In this document: positions 40,641-49,200 of the stretch, in pieces
Layout of the letters: each line of letters begins with the position of its first letter
Numbering within the stretch: position 1 is the stretch's first letter
Origin: Christensenellales bacterium
GTDB taxonomy: Bacteria; Bacillota; Clostridia; Christensenellales; JBMNTQ01
Assembly: GCA_050945835.1 (NCBI GenBank)
Contig: JBMNTR010000014.1
Span: forward strand, 6,080 to 70,079
Length of the DNA stretch: 64,000 nt
Reading direction: 5' to 3'
The notes under the pieces: generated by a model
Databases searched by the model: none
Told to the model about the DNA's origin: nothing
The model's input: the letters and a program-made list of their open reading frames with translations, nothing else
Translations under genes and position numbers: made by a program

Positions 40641-41846
40641 TCATGATTCCAACGATATCCGATAGCCGTTTTCTTCCAGCCGTTCGAGCAGTTCCATGCC
40701 GTGCTCGCGGCTTGAGACTTCACAGGCGACATGCAGAATCGCTTCGCCCAGTTCGAGGTCGGTGCGCAGCCGGTCGTGCTGTACGAGTATCACGTTCGCG
40801 CCGCAATCCGCTATGATCTGGGAGCACTTCTGCAGGCTGCCGGGCACGTCTTTCATGACCGTGCTGAATTTCATCTGGCGTCCGCGGGTGATCAGCCCCT
40901 TTTCCACCACCTTGTGTATGAAGCCCACATCGATATTCCCGCCGGAGAGCACACATACCGTGCGCTTGCCCGATAGATCCAGCTTATGGTTGATCGTAGC
41001 ACAGAGCGCCACAGCGCCCGCCGGCTCGACCACGAGCTTGGTGCGCTCCAGCAGCAGCAGTATGGATTCGGCGATCTCATCGTCGGTAACGGTGACCATC
41101 TGATCCACATATTTTCGGATCAAAGGCACGGTCCTCTCTCCCGGACATTTCACAGCGATGCCATCGGCTATGGTGGCGCCCTGGCAGCCGTTCACCGTCT
41201 CCCCCTTGTAAAAGCTCTGTACGATGGCGTCGGCTTTCTTCGCCTGCACGCCGATCACCTCCACCCGCGGATTGATCTGTTTGATGCAGGCCGCCATGCC
41301 TGCCAGCAGTCCTCCGCCGCCCGCAGGAACGAGCACGGTGTCCACCGTGGGCAGATCGCGCAGCACCTCCAGCGAGATGGTGCCCTGCCCTGCGATGACA
41401 TCCTCATCATCAAACGGGTGGATAAAAACGGCTCCCCGTTCCTCCTGTATGTGCAGCGCATGCCCATACGCTTCGTCGTAGTCGTCGCCAAACAGCACCA
41501 CCTCTGCGCCATAGCCCTGCGTGGCGGACACCTTGGCAATAGGCGTGGTTCTGGGCATCACGATGACAGCCTCAGCGCCCATCGCTTTGGCCGCATAGGC
41601 CACGCCCTGCGCGTGGTTGCCCGCGCTGGAGGCCACGAGCGTATTCATTTTCCCTTCCGCGTGCAGCTGCGCGATTTTATTGTAAGCGCCGCGCACCTTG
41701 AAAGACCCTGTCTTCTGCAGGTTTTCGCATTTGAGGTAAAGCTCGGCTCCAGAGATGTCGGAAAACGTTCTGGAGGAGTTTAAGGGTGTGCGGTGTATGA
41801 CGCCCTTCAGGCGTGCCGCGGCTTGCTCAATCTGTTTTAATTCCAT
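40641..41846 (-). CDS. ilvA: threonine ammonia-lyase (threonine dehydratase) with one C-terminal ACT-like domain
   Basis: PLP motif KCENLQKTGSFKVRGA and GGGGL loop. About 400 aa, i.e. the short form. Confidence 0.93.
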   Translation of the reverse strand: MELKQIEQAAARLKGVIHRTPLNSSRTFSDISGAELYLKCENLQKTGSFKVRGAYNKIAQLHAEGKMNTLVASSAGNHAQGVAYAAKAMGAEAVIVMPRTTPIAKVSATQGYGAEVVLFGDDYDEAYGHALHIQEERGAVFIHPFDDEDVIAGQGTISLEVLRDLPTVDTVLVPAGGGGLLAGMAACIKQINPRVEVIGVQAKKADAIVQSFYKGETVNGCQGATIADGIAVKCPGERTVPLIRKYVDQMVTVTDDEIAESILLLLERTKLVVEPAGAVALCATINHKLDLSGKRTVCVLSGGNIDVGFIHKVVEKGLITRGRQMKFSTVMKDVPGSLQKCSQIIADCGANVILVQHDRLRTDLELGEAILHVACEVSSREHGMELLERLEENGYRISLES

Positions 41847-41870
41847 ATGGCTGCTCTCCTGTTGGTGAAA

Positions 41871-41916
41871 TAAAAAACGCCCTTCGCCTGGTGAAACACC
41901 TCTAGGCGAAGGGCGT
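41871..41916 (-). terminator. ilv attenuator terminator
   Basis: Perfect 13-bp stem ACGCCCUUCGCCU / AGGCGAAGGGCGU (41916-41904 and 41889-41877) with a 14-nt loop, followed by a U-run. Lies about 25 nt before the ilvA SD. Confidence 0.85.
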
Positions 41917-41936
41917 ATCTCTTTAATTTGAAGCTA

Positions 41937-42068
41937 TCATGTAGCTAAAAGAGGTACGTTTCTTCGCCTGCTCATAATAATAACGACAGCAACAATAGAC
42001 CGGATGACCGAATCAATGATGGCCACGGCATTGCAACGGCATACGTTGTTTGTTGCTTTTCGTTCCAT
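41937..42068 (-). CDS. ilv leader peptide (43 aa, Ile/Val-rich)
   Basis: Hand translation: MERKATNNVCRCNAVAIIDSVIRSIVAVVIIMSRRRNVPLLAT*. 12 of 17 residues at positions 15-31 are Ile or Val. SD-like AAAGGGG lies 11 nt upstream. Too short for the ORF track. Confidence 0.7.
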   Translation of the reverse strand: MERKATNNVCRCNAVAIIDSVIRSIVAVVIIMSRRRNVPLLAT

Positions 42069-42101
42069 GTGCAGACGAACCCCTTTCGTTTAATTCTGAT
42101 A

Positions 42102-42130
42102 ATAATACTATACTTTAAAACCTTTGTCAA
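42102..42130 (-). promoter_or_regulatory. sigma-A type promoter of the ilv leader
   Basis: Minus strand: TTGACA (42130-42125), 17-nt spacer, TATTAT (42107-42102). Confidence 0.7.
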
Positions 42131-42288
42131 GAATTATATTATGCCCCATGGCGCTATTATGATAGCCTGAAATGAATATTTTCTTCATTTTTGTTGATGC
42201 GTGTTGTCAAGCGGGGCCGGTCGTGTTATACATTGAATGAGTCCAGCCGCAGGCTGCGGACGGACTCACTCAAATACCTTTTGGGGCT

Positions 42289-42639
42289 GTGCATATGGAA
42301 AAAACGCGTGTTTCAAAAAAACAGCAGCAGGAAAAACAAATCCTGCTCTGCATGATCCAGATGTATTGCAAAGCACACCGGCATACGGTGGAGGCTTGCG
42401 GGCTTTGCGACGACTGTGAACGCATACGGGCCTATTCCTTCGAAAGGGTCGATCGATGCCCGTTTATGGAGACAAAAACCTTCTGCAGCCACTGCAGTGT
42501 TCATTGTTATAACGGCGAAATGCGGCACGCCATCCGCCGGATCATGCGTTACGCAGGCCCCAGGATGCTCTTTCGCCGCCCGATCATGGCCATGCGGCAC
42601 ATGCTTTCATTCAAACGGCGTAAAAGAAAGCCCTGCTGA
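42289..42639 (+). CDS. nitrous-oxide-stimulated-promoter family (YgbA-like) Cys-rich protein
   Basis: IQMYCKAHRH...CGLCDDC...RCPF...KTFCSHCSVHCY...MRYAGPRML matches the remembered YgbA_NO family pattern. Confidence 0.7.
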   Translation: MHMEKTRVSKKQQQEKQILLCMIQMYCKAHRHTVEACGLCDDCERIRAYSFERVDRCPFMETKTFCSHCSVHCYNGEMRHAIRRIMRYAGPRMLFRRPIMAMRHMLSFKRRKRKPC

Positions 42640-42867
42640 CACAGATCTGCAAAACAACGCCTCTTCCGCCCAAGCGTCCGCATTTGAAACAGTCTGCAAA
42701 AAATGCGCTCTTCGCGCAGCTTTCTCCCCACAGCTTTATTTTAGTTTATTTCCTCGCTTATTCCACATATATGCTATCATTTGCTTGCCAATATCGGGCT
42801 TAAAGCTTGATCCACAGGCATTCCTATGATATTATTTGGAAAACACCGATTGGAATGAAGCCTCGTC

Positions 42868-44388
42868 ATGTATATTAACATATTACAGTATTTGAAACAG
42901 TCTGCAGAAAAGATGCCCTCCAAGCAGGCATTTATAGACGAGAACGGAAGCGTAACTTTTGCGCAAATACAGGAAATGGCTCAACGTTTGGGCTCCTATT
43001 TAGGTAAAATTGCCCGGCCGAAAACGCCTGTTCTCGTATTGATGGAAAAAAGCCGGTTTGTGCCCGCATGTTTTATGGGCGTGGTGGCAGCCGGCTGTTT
43101 TTATGTGCCCATTGACGCGGATCTCCCGGATTACCGGCTCAATCTGATATTGGACACCATCGGCTCCGATGTGATGATCACAGACGAAAAGACAAGCGCT
43201 AAAGTGAGCAGGCTGAATTTTTCAGGCCGGGTCATACTCGCGCAGGAAGCGTTTTGCGCGCCCATTGACCACGCTTTGCTTGCCTCTATAGAAGAAAATC
43301 ATACCGATACGGACGCGCTGTATGTCGTGTTTACATCCGGTTCCACAGGCACACCCAAAGGCGTGGTGACCACGCACCGCGCTGTGATCGATCTGATGGA
43401 AGCGATGGCCTGCGCGTTTGATCTAGGCGAAGACGAGATCTTCGGCAATCAGGCGCCCTTCGACTACGACGGCTCTGTGAAAGACATTTACAACACGCTC
43501 AAGCACGGCGCTACGACCTACATCATACCGCGCCCGTACTTTTCTTTCCCCAAGATGCTGATGGATTGCCTGAACGAGCAAAAGATCACCACACTTTTCT
43601 GGGCGGTGAGCGCTGTGTGCGTCCCCGTCAATCTGGGCGCTTTGGAATACGCCGTGCCTAAGCATCTAAAGCGCATCCTATATTCCGGTGCGGTGATGCC
43701 CAACAAGCATCTGATGACCTGGCAGCAATACTGCCCTGAGGTCATGTATGTCAACCTCTACGGCCCCACGGAATCCACCTGCAACTGCACGTATCATATC
43801 ATCGGCCATGCGGTCACTTTGGAGGAGCGCATGCCCATAGGCAAGCCTTTTCGAAACACGGAGATCCTGCTGCTGGATCAAGAAGGCAAAACACCCGCGC
43901 GCGGCGAGATGGGCGAAATTTGCGTAAAGGGCAGCAGCATCGCGCTTGGTTACTACAACAATCCCGAGAAAACCAGCGAAGTCTTCGTGCAAAACCCGCT
44001 CAACGCAAGCTATCCCGAAATCATCTACAAGACAGGCGATCTGGGCTCTTATGGCGAAGAAGGGCTTTTGCTGTTCCACGGCCGCGAGGATTCACAGATC
44101 AAGCACATGGGGCACCGCATTGAGCTGGGCGAAATTGAAACCGTGGTCAGCTCCATGGACAGCGTAAACGACGCCGTCTGTATTTATGACGCGGCCAACA
44201 GCGCCATCGTGCTGTTCTTCACCGGAGAAGGCGCCGACCGCAAGACGGTTGCTTTGAATCTGCGCGCGCATCTGCCTAAATATATGCTGCCCGCACGCTT
44301 CGTACACATGGACGCTTTTCCCCGCAAGCTGAACGGCAAAGTCGACCGGCAGGCGCTAAAGGAGCAGTATCTGGCACAGCAATCATAA
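42868..44388 (+). CDS. amino-acid adenylation enzyme, DltA-like (carrier-protein ligase)
   Basis: AMP-binding core motifs (VVFTSGSTGTPKGV, YGPTE, YKTGDLG, GREDSQIKHMGHRIELGEIE, LNGKVDR). About 505 aa, like DltA. Confidence 0.85.
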   Translation: MYINILQYLKQSAEKMPSKQAFIDENGSVTFAQIQEMAQRLGSYLGKIARPKTPVLVLMEKSRFVPACFMGVVAAGCFYVPIDADLPDYRLNLILDTIGSDVMITDEKTSAKVSRLNFSGRVILAQEAFCAPIDHALLASIEENHTDTDALYVVFTSGSTGTPKGVVTTHRAVIDLMEAMACAFDLGEDEIFGNQAPFDYDGSVKDIYNTLKHGATTYIIPRPYFSFPKMLMDCLNEQKITTLFWAVSAVCVPVNLGALEYAVPKHLKRILYSGAVMPNKHLMTWQQYCPEVMYVNLYGPTESTCNCTYHIIGHAVTLEERMPIGKPFRNTEILLLDQEGKTPARGEMGEICVKGSSIALGYYNNPEKTSEVFVQNPLNASYPEIIYKTGDLGSYGEEGLLLFHGREDSQIKHMGHRIELGEIETVVSSMDSVNDAVCIYDAANSAIVLFFTGEGADRKTVALNLRAHLPKYMLPARFVHMDAFPRKLNGKVDRQALKEQYLAQQS

Positions 44389-44414
44389 CACACGCAGAAA
44401 AAGGAGCAGTATTT

Positions 44415-45248
44415 TTGGAACAGATCAATCATATCGAAGGCTGTGATCGGCTCATCACTTCCGCTAAACAAAATGGCTTCATGCACACGAATTGTGTGCT
44501 GCTGCCAGATGAAATAAACCGGTATATTGCAAGAGGCAGGCTGTTTTTTCATCGCTCGGAGAATGGATTGTGCTTGTTCTGCGATGAGGGTTCCTATCGG
44601 ATACTCTACATTTTTACAGCGCCTGAAGCGGAGCTGGATATCCCCGTGCACGACAAGCCCCTGGTGGCACGCATCGTCCATCGGGAGCACGCTCAGCCGG
44701 ACCCTGTGATCACGAGCGCTCTGATCAAAGCCGGGTTTTCACTTCAGCGTCAAACGCGGCAGCTCACGCTTCGCATCACAGAAGAATTGATACATGAGCT
44801 TCGGCAGCGCGCGCACGCAGCTGAATTTGAGGTGCAAGTCTGCCCTGCGGCGGATGCAGATGAGTTCATGCGCATCAGGAATGAATTCCTCCCTTATTAT
44901 CATTTTTCAGATCTGTCAGCAGACGAGCTTGCGCAGCGGCTGTCGGATCATTGTCATCTGATCGTTCGCAATCAAAACCATGACATATGTGCGATCTTTC
45001 AATCGTCTTTCTCGGGAGCGGCTGTCACGCCGGAAGGATTGGCCGTAAAGACAGCTTACCGCAGACGCGGGCTTGGCGCTTTGCTGATGCAAGCCCTGCT
45101 GGAAAATGCTTTTGCACATCACATCAAACGCTGCCAGATGTGGGTGGATGCGCAGAACACACCCGCAGTCAGACTCTATGAGAAGCTGGGCTTCCAATTT
45201 CCAAACCGCTGTGCATTTGAATATCTGCTTAATTCAACTGAAAAATAA
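44415..45248 (+). CDS. GNAT-family N-acyltransferase (two-lobed)
   Basis: C-terminal acetyl-CoA motif AYRRRGLGALLMQALL...VDAQNTPAVRLYEKLGF. TTG start 8 nt after AAGGAG. Confidence 0.75.
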   Translation: MEQINHIEGCDRLITSAKQNGFMHTNCVLLPDEINRYIARGRLFFHRSENGLCLFCDEGSYRILYIFTAPEAELDIPVHDKPLVARIVHREHAQPDPVITSALIKAGFSLQRQTRQLTLRITEELIHELRQRAHAAEFEVQVCPAADADEFMRIRNEFLPYYHFSDLSADELAQRLSDHCHLIVRNQNHDICAIFQSSFSGAAVTPEGLAVKTAYRRRGLGALLMQALLENAFAHHIKRCQMWVDAQNTPAVRLYEKLGFQFPNRCAFEYLLNSTEK

Positions 45249-45259
45249 AGGAGAACATC

Positions 45260-45493
45260 ATGGAACAATTACTGGGCATACTCACGGACATCCGTCCCGA
45301 CATCGATTTTGAAAACAACAAAGAGCTCATCGACAGCGGTGAGATCGATTCATTTGACATCGTCATGCTGGTGGGGGAATTGAACAGCGCATTCGACATC
45401 TCCATACCCATCGTATCCATCGTGCCGGAGAACTTCAATTCGGTTGAAGCGATGATGGCGCTGATCAATCAGCTCAAACAAGAGGACGCGTAA
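45260..45493 (+). CDS. acyl/aminoacyl carrier protein, DltC-like
   Basis: 77 aa, acidic. A candidate phosphopantetheine Ser lies in LIDSGEIDSFDIVMLV. SD AAAGGAG. Confidence 0.8.
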   Translation: MEQLLGILTDIRPDIDFENNKELIDSGEIDSFDIVMLVGELNSAFDISIPIVSIVPENFNSVEAMMALINQLKQEDA

Positions 45494-45528
45494 CACTTTA
45501 TCTATGATTTTGTAATGAGGTGCGATGC

Positions 45529-47136
45529 ATGTCGTTTACATCGATTGTTTTTTTGCTTTTCCTGTTGGGTTTAAGCATCGTCTATTTTTTGATGCCTAAA
45601 AAATACCAGTGGATTGTATTGCTCGTAGGAAGCTATGTATTCTATCTGTCCGCGGGCATCGAGCTGGTATTCTATATTCTGTTCTCTACATTGACAGCGT
45701 TTTTCGGCGCGCGTTTGCTGGAGCGTTTGACGAACAGCTATAAGCTTGCGTCTGCGGATGTTTCGGCAGCGGCCGATAAAAAGATACTCAGGGCCAAGAG
45801 CACCCGCCAGCGCAAAACGGTGATCGCCCTTGTGCTGGTGCTGAATTTTTCAATACTGGTCTTCTTCAAGCATTTCAACGCGTTTGCAAGCTACCTAAAC
45901 GCATTGCTCGGACTTGTGCAGGTAGACGCCCAGATGCCGCAATTGAATCTGCTGCTGCCGCTGGGCATTTCCTTCTACACATTCCAGTCCATGGGCTATT
46001 TGATAGACGTCTACCGCGGAAAATTCAAGGCGGATCGCCATGTGGCGAAATTCGCGTTGTTCGTCTCCTTCTTTCCGCAGTTGATACAAGGGCCCATCAG
46101 CCGTTATGATGATCTGGCGCACCAGCTGTACGAAGGTCACAAATTTGATTTCGACCGTATGAAAAAGGGTGCTGTGCTGATGCTCTGGGGGCTTTTTAAG
46201 AAGCTGGTCATCGGCGACCGGGTAGCTATTCTTGTGAACACCATATTCGATGCGCCCTCCACCTATACCGGCGCTTATGTGCTGCTGGGTGTGCTGCTGT
46301 ATTCCATACAGATCTATGCGGACTTCTCCGGCGGCGTAGACATCGCGCGCGGTGCCGCGCAAATCCTGGGCATCGATCTGGCGGACAACTTCGAGCGCCC
46401 TTATTTTGCCACCACCATACCGGATTTCTGGCGCAGATGGCATGTGACACTCAACAGCTGGTGGCGGGATTATGTGTTCTATCCGCTCACCTTCTCCAAA
46501 GGGTTCGGAAAATTCGGAAAATCCTGCCGCAAGCTTTTCAACGCCAAATGGGGCAAGCTCATTCCGGTGTATACAGCGACCATGCTGGTGCGTATCATCA
46601 ATGCATTATGGCATGGCGCCAGCTTTAAATTCATCGCTTTCGGATTTTATCACGGGATTCTGATCATACTCGGCATGCAGCTGGAGCCGTTCTTCCTCAA
46701 GCTGGCGGATAAGCTCAGCATCAACACGAAATGCTTTAGCTGGAAGCTGTTTCGCATATTGCGCACATTCGCAGTGGTGTGCGTCGGGCGGTTGTTCTTG
46801 GTCGCGGATTCCTTTTCGGGCTCCATGCAGTTGTTCGGAAATATCTCGGCGATGTTTGGCTCAAGCGGCAACAAAGGGCTTGGCGTACTGTTCGACGGTT
46901 CGCTGCTCAAGCTGGGGCTGACGGGCAACGCGCTGTTCGTGCTGTTCCTGGCGATTGCGGTGTGGTTCTTGGTGGATATTTCCAATGAAAAGGGCCTACA
47001 GCTCCGTGATCGGCTGCTGCGGCAGAACATGCTCTTTCAATGGGTCGTGCTCATCGCGCTGATCGTGTCGGTGGCGGTGTTCGGCGTATACGGGCCGCAG
47101 TATTCCGCAACATCGTTTATATATCAACAGTTTTAG
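45529..47136 (+). CDS. MBOAT-family membrane O-acyltransferase (DltB/AlgI-like)
   Basis: Polytopic. Conserved GISFYTFQ, FWRRWHVTLNSWWRDYVFYPL and WHG motifs. ATG 45529 lies 6 nt after GAGGTG. Confidence 0.88.
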   Translation: MSFTSIVFLLFLLGLSIVYFLMPKKYQWIVLLVGSYVFYLSAGIELVFYILFSTLTAFFGARLLERLTNSYKLASADVSAAADKKILRAKSTRQRKTVIALVLVLNFSILVFFKHFNAFASYLNALLGLVQVDAQMPQLNLLLPLGISFYTFQSMGYLIDVYRGKFKADRHVAKFALFVSFFPQLIQGPISRYDDLAHQLYEGHKFDFDRMKKGAVLMLWGLFKKLVIGDRVAILVNTIFDAPSTYTGAYVLLGVLLYSIQIYADFSGGVDIARGAAQILGIDLADNFERPYFATTIPDFWRRWHVTLNSWWRDYVFYPLTFSKGFGKFGKSCRKLFNAKWGKLIPVYTATMLVRIINALWHGASFKFIAFGFYHGILIILGMQLEPFFLKLADKLSINTKCFSWKLFRILRTFAVVCVGRLFLVADSFSGSMQLFGNISAMFGSSGNKGLGVLFDGSLLKLGLTGNALFVLFLAIAVWFLVDISNEKGLQLRDRLLRQNMLFQWVVLIALIVSVAVFGVYGPQYSATSFIYQQF

Positions 47137-47148
47137 GGGTAGGTTTCC

Positions 47149-48204
47149 ATGAATATAAAACGCATCATCAGAACCATTTGTTTTTTATTGATACTCTGCC
47201 TGGTGTTCGTCGGGCTGAACGATGTTCTTGCAATGAATCCGGTAATCAATGCGGCGGGTATCAAAAGGATCAACAGCCTATATGCCCAGCCCAAGGACAG
47301 CTTAGATGTGCTTTTGTTCGGCGCGAGCGGCGTATATCGGGCTTGGAATTCCATGCAGGCATGGGAGGAATTGGGTATCACCAGTTACGCTTGGTGCACC
47401 GGCTCACAGTCTGTAGCCTCCACCCGGTATCTCATAGAGGATACGCTTAAGCATCAAACACCCAAGGTGATTCTCATAGATTACCGTATGTTCCGAAAGG
47501 AGCCTGAAGAAATCACATCCGGCGCCATTCGCAGGGTGAGCGATTTAATGCCTTTCTCCCGCACACGCATCGATGCGATCAACGCCATGCTGGATGCCGC
47601 GCCCGCCGTGGAGACACAGTTCAATCGCTGGGAGTATTACATCAGCTTTATGCAGTATCATTCCCGATGGGAAGACGGCTTGATTCCGTCGGATTTCACA
47701 GAAAAGCTTGATCCCTTGCATGGGACGCCTATTTCCCAGCTTTCCTTCAACATCAGTCCCCAAGCGCCCGCTTCCTCACCTACGGAGGAAATCGAGCCCA
47801 TCGATGAGATCTATCAGGATGTGTTGAGTGACCTTTGCGAATATGTTTTACAGCTCGACATACCGGTTTTGTTCACCATGATGCCGTACAATCCGCCGCT
47901 TAAAGAGCGCAAACAGCTCAATTGGGTCGAAAGCGTGCTGGATTTCTATGGGCTTCCGTATATGAATATGAACGATCCGGAGTATTTCGACGCATACGGG
48001 CTGGATTTTTCTGAGGATTTTTATGACAAAGGACATGTCAACTTAAAAGGCATGCAAAAAGTAACGGCACGCTTCGGCGCTTATCTGAAAGATGCCTACG
48101 GTCTTGCGGATCACCGGGGGGATGCGTATTACGCGCATTGGGATGAAGCGCTGCCCGTCTATCATAAAAGACTCGATCGATATGAATGGAAAAAGAAGTC
48201 TTAA
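47149..48204 (+). CDS. membrane-anchored extracytoplasmic protein in the DltD/SGNH-like accessory position
   Basis: N-terminal TM anchor; LLFGASGVY resembles the GxS block of DltD/SGNH folds. Position immediately after the MBOAT gene. Family assignment is tentative. Confidence 0.5.
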   Translation: MNIKRIIRTICFLLILCLVFVGLNDVLAMNPVINAAGIKRINSLYAQPKDSLDVLLFGASGVYRAWNSMQAWEELGITSYAWCTGSQSVASTRYLIEDTLKHQTPKVILIDYRMFRKEPEEITSGAIRRVSDLMPFSRTRIDAINAMLDAAPAVETQFNRWEYYISFMQYHSRWEDGLIPSDFTEKLDPLHGTPISQLSFNISPQAPASSPTEEIEPIDEIYQDVLSDLCEYVLQLDIPVLFTMMPYNPPLKERKQLNWVESVLDFYGLPYMNMNDPEYFDAYGLDFSEDFYDKGHVNLKGMQKVTARFGAYLKDAYGLADHRGDAYYAHWDEALPVYHKRLDRYEWKKKS

Positions 48205-48232
48205 TCAAAAGATTTGTGCTGGTGATCAAACG

Positions 48233-48949
48233 ATGACGAAGAAACGATGCGATAAAACCATATTGGGCATACTGGGTGGCATGGGATCGGAAGCGACGCA
48301 AATCCTGCTCCAGCTCATCTTTTCGAATACCGCCGTGAAAAAGGATCAGGATCATCTGGATATACTCGTCTATAACCACGCCTCCCTGCCCGACCGCACG
48401 ACGTGTATTCTAAATGACAGAAGCGACGAGTTGCTCGCCCTGCTGCGGCAAGATATGGAGATGCTCAAACGCATGGGCTGTGCTTATTTCGCCATTCCCT
48501 GTAACACCTGCCATTACTTCACGGATGAATTCAAGCGCCTGACGGACGATCGGTTTATCGACATGATCGAACAGACCGCAAAAGCGTTGCAGCAAAAGGG
48601 CCTTCGGAAGGTGGGTATCCTAGCCACGGACGGCACCCGAAAAGCGGGGCTGTATACAAAGCAGCTTGAAAAGTATCAGATCGAAGCGCTCTACCCTTCA
48701 GACCAAGGCCAGAGGAGCGTGATGGACATCATCTACACGCAGATCAAACAAGGGCAATCCGGCAGCACGGCACAGTTTCAAGCCATCATAGAAGAGCTTG
48801 AAGCAATGGGCTGCGAGGCGTATGTGCTGGCCTGCACGGAGCTGTCCGTATACAAATACAAACAGGCGCCGTATGATGATTCGCTTATAGACGCTTTGAG
48901 CATTCTGGCAAAGGCGTGTATCATGAAATGCGGCGGAACACTTCTCTGA
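48233..48949 (+). CDS. aspartate/glutamate-type amino-acid racemase
   Basis: ILGGMGSEAT, two catalytic-Cys contexts (IPCNTCHYF, LACTELS), 238 aa from ATG 48233. Confidence 0.85.
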   Translation: MTKKRCDKTILGILGGMGSEATQILLQLIFSNTAVKKDQDHLDILVYNHASLPDRTTCILNDRSDELLALLRQDMEMLKRMGCAYFAIPCNTCHYFTDEFKRLTDDRFIDMIEQTAKALQQKGLRKVGILATDGTRKAGLYTKQLEKYQIEALYPSDQGQRSVMDIIYTQIKQGQSGSTAQFQAIIEELEAMGCEAYVLACTELSVYKYKQAPYDDSLIDALSILAKACIMKCGGTLL

Positions 48950-49074
48950 CGGCGCTATGCTTTTGCGAGGCGTCTGGCAGCGTATATAGACTTGCCTTCC
49001 GACGGATTGTTCTGTAAATCGGCAGACTATGATGACAGGCCTTCCATATGCAGGGAAAGCCTGTTTTATTTATG

Positions 49075-49107
49075 CGGCAAATCCACGCTCTCCGTGCAAA
49101 GAGCGAC
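49075..49107 (-). repeat. solitary degenerate CRISPR repeat (27/33 identical to the array repeat)
   Basis: gcggcaATCCACGCTCTCCGTGCaaAGAGCGAC versus consensus ATTTCAATCCACGCTCTCCGTGCGGAGAGCGAC. Lies 1669 bp from the array's terminal repeat. Confidence 0.8.
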
Positions 49108-49200
49108 CAAACGTCATATGTCAATGTGTTGCCCTCCCTTCAAAAACGGTATAAAAAAGTACCCGTTAAGGTGCTTTGGGTAGTGTTGTGTTTGTTTTAT

